The notes under the pieces are model-generated. The model had not been told where the DNA came from and made no database searches. It saw only the letters and a list, made by a program, of their open reading frames with translations. Shown one piece after another: positions 56,660 to 64,000 of a stretch of 64,000 bases of DNA. A program made the position numbers and the translations under genes. How positions within the stretch are numbered: the first letter of the stretch is position 1; the number at the start of each line of letters is the position of its first letter. Source of the stretch: Octopus vulgaris (taxonomy: Eukaryota). The stretch spans positions 248,001 through 312,000 of the forward strand of contig OX597840.1 in NCBI GenBank assembly GCA_951406725.2, given 5' to 3'.

Positions 56660-57251
56660 GATAATTGTTCGGTTAGAGGTGGCGCTGCCAAACTCCCGCT
56701 CGAAATATATAGTTTTTAAAGCGACAATTAGTCACTGATTTATAAACGAGAAAATTACTATTGTTCGAAAATATAAGGACACAGATCGTGTCGTACAGCC
56801 AGCTGGAGACGATGCCACCTGGGGCTAAATTACAGCATAATTCGTTCTAAGCCAGCACTGCCATGTTATGTTGGCAAACAATCTTTACTCCGAAGTACTG
56901 TTGCTGAATGTCTCGCGCTGTGAGATTTAAAAATAGTAATTTTCTAGTATGCTTCATTTGTATTCCTGCAAATTTCAAATCTGTTCTTAGAGTTGCGAAA
57001 CACATTTTGAGGCATTTCGGGAGTTATCTCCTGCACTGCTAACTGAATGCATTCTTTAAGTTCTGCAAAACTATCGACGCATCCTAGGGATGAAGGTAGA
57101 GAAAATAAATGCAGCCAAATTGACAAAAAAGATGTCGTGGACAGAGAAGCGGGATCCAGCAGGAATGAAAATAAATTATATAAAAAAGGAAATTATAAAA
57201 ATGATAAGATTATAAACAAAACTAAAAATTTATACACTTTTAACACATAAA

Positions 57252-57999
57252 CTTTTCTACTCTAGGAACGAAATGTATTTTGTGGGGGATGGCCAATCGA
57301 TTAGATCGACACTAGTACGCAGCTGGTACTTAATTTATCGAACCCAAAAGGCAAAGTAGACCTCGGAGGAATTTGAACTCAGAACGTAAAGACAGACGAA
57401 ATACCTATTTCTTTACTACCCACAAGGAGATAAACACAGAGTGGACAAACAAGGACAGACAAACGGATTAAGTCGATTATATCAACCCTAGTGCGTAACT
57501 GGTACTTATTTAAACGATCCCGAATGGATGAAAGTCAAAGTCAACCTCGGCGGAATTTGAACTCAGAATGTAAAGGCAGACGAAATACCTATTTCTTTAA
57601 TACCCACAAGGGGCTAAACACAGAGAGGACAAACAAGGACAGACAAACGTATTAAGTCGATGATATCGACCCCAATGCGTAACTGGTACTTTTTCAATCG
57701 ACCTCGAAAGGATGAAAGGCAAAGTCGACCTTGGCGGAATTTGAACTCAGTATGTAGCGGCAGACGAAATACCTATTTCCTTTATTACCTACAAGGGGCT
57801 AAACATAGAGGGGACAAACAAGGACAGACAAATGGATTAAGTCGATTATAAACCCCAGTGCGTAACTTGTACTTAATTTATCGACCCCGAAAGGATGAAA
57901 GGCAAAGTCGACCTCGGCGGAATTTGAACTCAGAACGCAGACAAAATACCTCTAAGCATCTCGCCCGGCGTGCTAAAGTTTCTGCCAGCTCGCCGCCTT
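57252..57999 (-). mobile_element. SINE family A head-to-tail tetramer
   Basis: Junction cagacgaaatacctatttc at ~57393, ~57577 and ~57761; a single tRNA head ends at 57999. Confidence 0.9.
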
Positions 58000-58109
58000 C
58001 AAATCCCATACGTTTATACCATTGATAAACAAAAAAACTGTTGAAGCTAGCTTGGTATGTATGTTAATAAATTTATTTAAAAACAGTTACAAGTTACATT
58101 TGTCGTTAC

Positions 58110-58272
58110 ACACTGTGTATCGCTGATTCTGGCTAATACTAGTTACACGTCCCTGTAAAATACTTAGTTACTTTTATTCGCTAATTTGACATGCAGGTAT
58201 TTCAGCTGAGTTGAGAAATAACTCAATGCTCTTCGACGAAAGCGACGAGGATCCATTTCCTCAGGATTACAG
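58110..58272. mobile_element. Unclassified dispersed repeat (inverted homolog at 62787-62962)
   Basis: tttcagctgagttgagaaataac..aatgctcttc.acgaaagcgacgaggatccatttcct.aggattaca is shared. Confidence 0.75.
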
Positions 58273-58278
58273 TTGTCA

Positions 58279-58528
58279 AAGGCTGAAGACGCTCGACCTT
58301 TATTCTCTAGAAAAACGACGACGCCGTGGTGATCTCATTCTTGCTCACAACATCATAAGCGGAAAGTGTAACCTCTCGAAAGAGCTGTTCTTCACTCCTG
58401 CTCCAGAGCGTCGGCTGCAGGGTCACTCCGAAAAGCTCTATCTGCGACGATTTCATCTCAATCGAAGGAGAGGGGCTTTCTCCGTCCGGGTTGCGGATCC
58501 GTGGCATAAGCTGCCGGACGAGATAGTG
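58279..58528 (+). mobile_element. CR1-type LINE ORF2 C-terminal fragment, second copy
   Basis: RLKTLDLYSLEKRRRRGDLILAHNII...DPWHKLPDEIV; only 3 aa differ from the 15900 copy over the shared part. Confidence 0.9.
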
Positions 58529-58880
58529 GATGTAATAATCGTATAGTGAATGTAATAATCGTATGGTGAATGTAATAATAGTATGGTAAATGTAATGATC
58601 GTATAGGGAATGTAAGGACAATGTTAGAATGAATGTAATAAGTATAGTATATGAATGCAATGACCGTATAGTCAATGTAATGATGGTGTAGGGAACTTAA
58701 GAATGATGGTAGAGTGAACGTAATAATTATGGTAGATGAATGTAATATCACGAAGTGACTGTAATGATCGTTTAGGGAATGATTTGATGGTATAGGAAAA
58801 AGAAAGGACACTGCTTTTTGAATCAGTGTAATGATTACATAGTGAGTATAAACATAGAAGTGAACGTAATGATATTAGCA
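58529..58880. repeat. Decaying ~20-bp minisatellite (tgaatgtaataatcgtatag)
   Basis: Directly visible; starts where the LINE fragment ends. Confidence 0.85.
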
Positions 58881-59182
58881 TTCTGTGAATTGAATAGCGA
58901 TGGTGTTGTGTATGTAACGACGATGGTGTCATTGTTTTTATACGGTCTGATGGCGGCGGAGGCAGGTGTTACAACTTAGGTAAGTACATGAAGGTTATAG
59001 TGTGATATAAACATTGGAAAAAGAAAGTGAAAGTAACCGAAAGAAATAAATCGAAAAAACACATACAAAAATTCACACATACACACATTACATAATACAT
59101 ACATATGTATGTATATATGTATGTATGTATACATACATATATATACATATATACATACATGCATACATACACACATACATAC

Positions 59183-59225
<43 letters not shown>

Positions 59226-59580
59226 CATGAAGATCTAAGACTGTTTACTCAGTCTATACTTAAGGTTCCCGCTTTTTTCAAAGTATATTTTCTTTGCATG
59301 TTAAACGACGATTATGTGTATGTATGTATGTGGGTAGGTATGCGTATATATATATATATGTATGTATACATACGCACACACACATGTATGTATATATATA
59401 TAGATTTAGATAGGTATACATACACTTATACGTTGCATGTGTATATATTTATACAAACACACATATATATATTTATACATATATATAGATGTAGATATGT
59501 ATATACACATATCTATATATATATGTGTGTATATATACATATTGAATATACTTATATCTTACTCTGTGTGCACGTGTGTG

Positions 59581-59614
<34 letters not shown>

Positions 59615-60104
59615 GAGATGAAGGAGAAAAACAAGGAGAGAACGGAAGTCAGTGAGATACAGAGAGAAAGAGAGAGAGAGAGAGGATGAGAGAGAGATTG
59701 AAACAAAGAGGCAAAGAAGAATTTAGGATGAGAGGAAAAAAATAAAAAATAACGCATAAAAACTAAATACGTAATAAAATAATAAGAATAATAAAAAAAT
59801 ATGTCTAGTTCTTTTGATTTCCTTCCAGCCGTCGGCCACAATTCTTCCTCTCTTTGAATTCTATTGATCCACGGTTGCATCACCTCCAGACACTGTCGAC
59901 AATATTGACTTAGAAAAAAAAAAAAAAAACACAAGAAGACTTAAAATAAATAAATAAATAAATAAATAATGTATGGAAAAAAATCTCCTCGTAAAATATA
60001 TAAATATATATGAAAAAACATTAAAATATATAAAAAATATATAAAAACTATGTGAAAGAACATTAAAATATTAAATATATATATATATGAAAAATAGCTC
60101 CACA

Positions 60105-60236
<132 letters not shown>

Positions 60237-60724
60237 GTATGTATGTATGTATGTATGTATGTATATATACATACATATGTATATAAGGTAAAATATATGA
60301 AAGTATAATATGAAAAAAACACATGTAGAAATATGTGAAAAACCACGAAAAATATATAAATATATGATGAAACATTGCGTAAAAAAAAATAAGGAGATTG
60401 CATTGGAATATGAAGGAGGAGGAAGATGAAGAGGCAGAAGATGAAGATGGAAATGGTTTGGAGAAGCCTTTTTATGGTCGTGTAAAAGGTCTGCGATTAA
60501 TTCTTCCTGAAAACATTTTTGGTTTTGTTTTTTTTATTATTAATAATTGAAAGAATAAAGTGTGAAAGGTATTTGTTGGCTGGTTGGTTGGATAAGGTCG
60601 ATCATTTGAGGAATTCGATGGAGTCGTCATGGTTGTATTGGATTGTATTGGAGTGCATTGGAGTGCATTCGTCCGGATTGAGATCTGCTCGACCTTGGTC
60701 TGGACATGGTGCATTGAGATACAG

Positions 60725-60988
60725 TGAGGAGGAGGAGAAGGAGGAATAGGAGGAGGAGTAGGAGGAGGAGGAGAAGAGCAAGAACAGCAACTCGGTCAAG
60801 GACGATCACAACAAGAAGAAGAACGATAGCAGCAACAAGAAACTGGGAAAATATCTCTAGAACCAACAACAACATCAACAACAACAATAACAACCACGAT
60901 CCTGACAGCAGCAGCAAGACCACTGCCATCATCATCATAATCATCAGCATCGTAATCATCCTCATCATCATCATCATTGTCGTCGTCG

Positions 60989-61026
<38 letters not shown>

Positions 61027-61136
61027 GTAATCATCATCATCATCATCATCATCATTGTCATCGTCGTCATCATCATCATCGTCATCATTGTCGTCATCGT
61101 CGTCATCATCATCATCATCATCATCGTCATAATCAC

Positions 61137-61174
<38 letters not shown>

Positions 61175-61285
61175 CACCATCATCATCATCATTAATACCA
61201 GCAGCAGCTCAACGACAATAGCAAGAAAAGCACTATCACCACCACCACCACCACCACCACCACCACCACAACAACAACAACCACC
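60725..61285. repeat. (GAG)n/(AAC)n/(ATC)n/(ACC)n field
   Basis: Directly visible. Confidence 0.9.
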
Positions 61286-61633
61286 AAAAACCGTCATTTA
61301 ACAATCAAGCAAAGTTCTACTTCGGTGCTTCCATAGTTTTTGATAGCCTTCAAAATTGTAAAAAAATGTTCTATGCTGGTAATTTCAAATTCTTGGTTTT
61401 GAAGATCTGTTGTTGGAAACCTGACGTTTTTTCACTCCTTTACATTAACCAAAACATGTTTATGTGTAAGCGTAAGCTTGACTGTGTGTTTAAGTGGCTC
61501 TCTTTCCTAACATGTTGTTCAGTCTCACAACACAGAAGGTTGGGCACGTGTATGAAGTGTGCTTCACTGTAACTCCGAGTCGACACCAATTTCTTGTGAG
61601 CGAATTTTCTTTACGGAAAATACCTGGAAGACC

Positions 61634-61700
<67 letters not shown>

Positions 61701-61845
61701 CGGGAAGCTTTATGAAAATAGACAAAAGACGAAGGCAGGTGGAAAACAAACAAACAATTGTATTAGTATGGCGCTCAGGAAATATAAATAAAACAAGTCT
61801 TTAACGTTTCGAGCCTATATATATATATAAATAAATATATATATA

Positions 61846-62216
61846 CTAGAGGTATCGCGGCGTTGCTCGGGTTTGTAAGGGAAATAACTATATAAGCATT
61901 TTTAGAGAGTTATAGCCAAAAAAATAGCAAAAAAAGCATTAAAAATGGAAAAAAAAATGATGGTAAATTTTTTTAAAAATCGTTGACTCATCATAGACAT
62001 TTTTAGAGAGTTACTTCCCTTATATAATAGCGAAAAAAATGCATTAAAATGGAATCGTAGACTCATTGTAGACGCGCGCTAATACCCAGAAGGGCTCGAT
62101 ATGAATCACGACTATAAGATACCCGGTTTTGGTTAAACTGCACCGCAAAATGTGGGAGTAGTTAGGAATCTAAATCGTAGGAGACAGACGCACAACTTGA
62201 CTTTTATATATAAAGA
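61846..62216 (-). mobile_element. Non-autonomous Helitron-like element
   Basis: The minus strand starts TCTTTATATATAAAAG and ends with a GC-rich hairpin-like cccgagcaacgccgcg followed by CTAG, between A and T in a TA tract. Confidence 0.75.
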
Positions 62217-62388
62217 TATATATATATATATATATAAACATATATATATGTATGTATATTATTTTGCAATTTACTAAATCATTGATATATTATTGTTATT
62301 TTAATTTTAATACTTCTATTATATGTAATTTTCTAGATGGTGTAATTTAATTGTTCATTTTGAATTGATAAAAGGTGTTTTTTTTCTG

Positions 62389-62442
<54 letters not shown>

Positions 62443-62455
62443 ATGTGTGTGTGTA

Positions 62456-62488
<33 letters not shown>

Positions 62489-62521
62489 GTATCTATGTAT
62501 ATGTATATACGTATGCATATG

Positions 62522-62559
<38 letters not shown>

Positions 62560-63184
62560 CACACATCTGTATCACCATCATCATCACCATCACTATCGTC
62601 GTCGTCGTCGTCATCATCATCATCATCATCATCACCAGCAGCAGCAGCAACTGCAAAAATTTTCTTGAAGGGAAACGAGAGTGGCACACCCAATCAGATC
62701 GCTATATCTGCAAAAGATAATAACCAAGTTGATAAAAAAAAAACAACAAAAACGTCACACTCACTTGTATGTATATATCAAAGATATTGTAATCCTAAGG
62801 AAATGGATCCTCGTCGCTTTCGTGGAAGAGCATTGTGTTATTTCTCAGCTCAGCTGAAATACTTGCGTGCTGAATTAGCGAGTAAAAGTAGTTAAGTACT
62901 TCACAGAGACGTGTAACTCTAATATTAAAAATTAAAATATTAAAATCAGCGATACACAGAGTGTACCGAAGCTAGGTTTTAGAATTACATTGACACTTCA
63001 TCCGAGGTCTTCCGTACAGTTTCCCGTTTCCCTTTTAACCGGTATTGACGGTAGTGGGATAGACACACATGTACAGATAGAGACACCGGCTTATACACAT
63101 ACACAGTGCCTTAAAGTCTGAAAAAAACACATTCAATAGTCTAGGGTAGATTGTACCAGGTGAGATGCATATATACATAAACAT

Positions 63185-63232
<48 letters not shown>

Positions 63233-63267
63233 CCATACAAAGAGACAAATACACAACATATGCACAT

Positions 63268-63432
63268 GTGCAGGAGTGGCTGTGTGGTAAGTAGCTTGCT
63301 TACCAACCACATGGTTCCGGATTCATTCCCACTGCGTGGTACCTTGGGCAAGTGTCTTCTGCTATAGCCTTGGGCCGACCAAAGTCTTGGGAGTGGATGT
63401 GGTAGACGGAAACTGAAAATAAGCCCGTCGTA

Positions 63433-63479
<47 letters not shown>

Positions 63480-63714
63480 ATGTGTGTATGTGTGTGTGTA
63501 TGTTTGTGTGTCTGTATTTGTCCCCCCAACATCGCTTGACAACCGATGCTGGTGTGCTTACGTCCCCGTAACTTAGCGGTTCGGCTTAAAGAGGCCGATA
63601 GAATAAGTACTAGGCTTACAAAGAATAAGTCCTAGGTTCGATTTGCTCGACTAAAGGCGGTGCTCCACCATGGCCGCAGTCAAATGACTGAAACAAGTAA
63701 AAGAGTAAAAGAGT
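63268..63714 (+). mobile_element. SINE family B, full length (a further inverted head fragment at ~63885-63945)
   Basis: Matches the 31683 copy; (gtaaaaga)n tail. Confidence 0.92.
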
Positions 63715-64000
63715 ATGCAGAAACACACAACTTTTGTGTGGCTAATGTGTGAACCACTTGGAGTAGCCCTTAAGTTTGTCACCTCCCTCGCGGGCCATCA
63801 AGACTATACAGGCTTATGCTACAGTGGACCCATAACTGTGCTATCCATCTAAAGAGTGTCGCTCGGGACTGACTGCTCGGAACCATGAACCCGGAACCAT
63901 GTGATTGGTAAGCAAGTTACTTACCACAGAGCCACTCCTGCGCACGTGCATATGTTGTGTGTTTGTGTGTTTGTATGGGTCTGTGTGTGTTTATGTTTAT

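Larger units (their letters stand above)
56054..56889. mobile_element. Inverted-arm Penelope-like element with an HHR, left arm split by SINE C
   Basis: (56054-56073 plus 56473-56580) is inverted relative to 56761-56889. Confidence 0.75.
55879..57075 (-). mobile_element. Tc1/mariner remnant(s) interrupted by nested insertions
   Basis: TA-CAGGGTGTC terminus at 55879; minus strand 56944-57075 reads ELKECIQLAVQEITPEMPQNVFRNSKNRFEICRNTNE, resembling a Tc1-like transposase C-terminus. Confidence 0.6.

Noticed and set aside
58529-58880. Regularly spaced short repeats suggestive of a CRISPR array
   Set aside because: Contiguous decaying minisatellite without unique spacers, in eukaryotic context with no cas genes.
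61310-61640. Unique stretch with short open frames (possible exon or LINE relic)
   Set aside because: No recognisable protein motif or convincing splice pair could be established by eye.

Overview
Repeat-saturated, AT-rich, non-coding animal DNA, most likely octopus (inferred from the tRNA-derived SINE families and the extreme microsatellite load). I found no supportable host exon: nearly all listed ORFs are translations of (TA)n, (CA)n, (TACA)n, (ATC)n, (GCA)n or (TTC)n tracts. The window contains four recurring tRNA-headed SINE families (labelled A-D here), CR1-type and HERO-like LINE 3' remnants, decayed Tc1/mariner fragments, a hAT MITE, a Helitron-like element and small satellites. The main hidden signal is about 13 minimal type-I hammerhead-ribozyme (HHR) motifs, plus a few half-motifs, on both strands. 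They sit in short islands, mostly between (TA)n tracts and often within long inverted repeats. They belong to several unrelated sequence families, most with a different self-complementary stem III. Two (23954-24020 minus, 40025-40109 plus) have fully canonical cores and clean stems. This architecture matches Penelope-like element (PLE) pseudo-LTRs or retrozyme-like non-autonomous elements. All folds were done by eye; ribozyme activity and novelty are untested.
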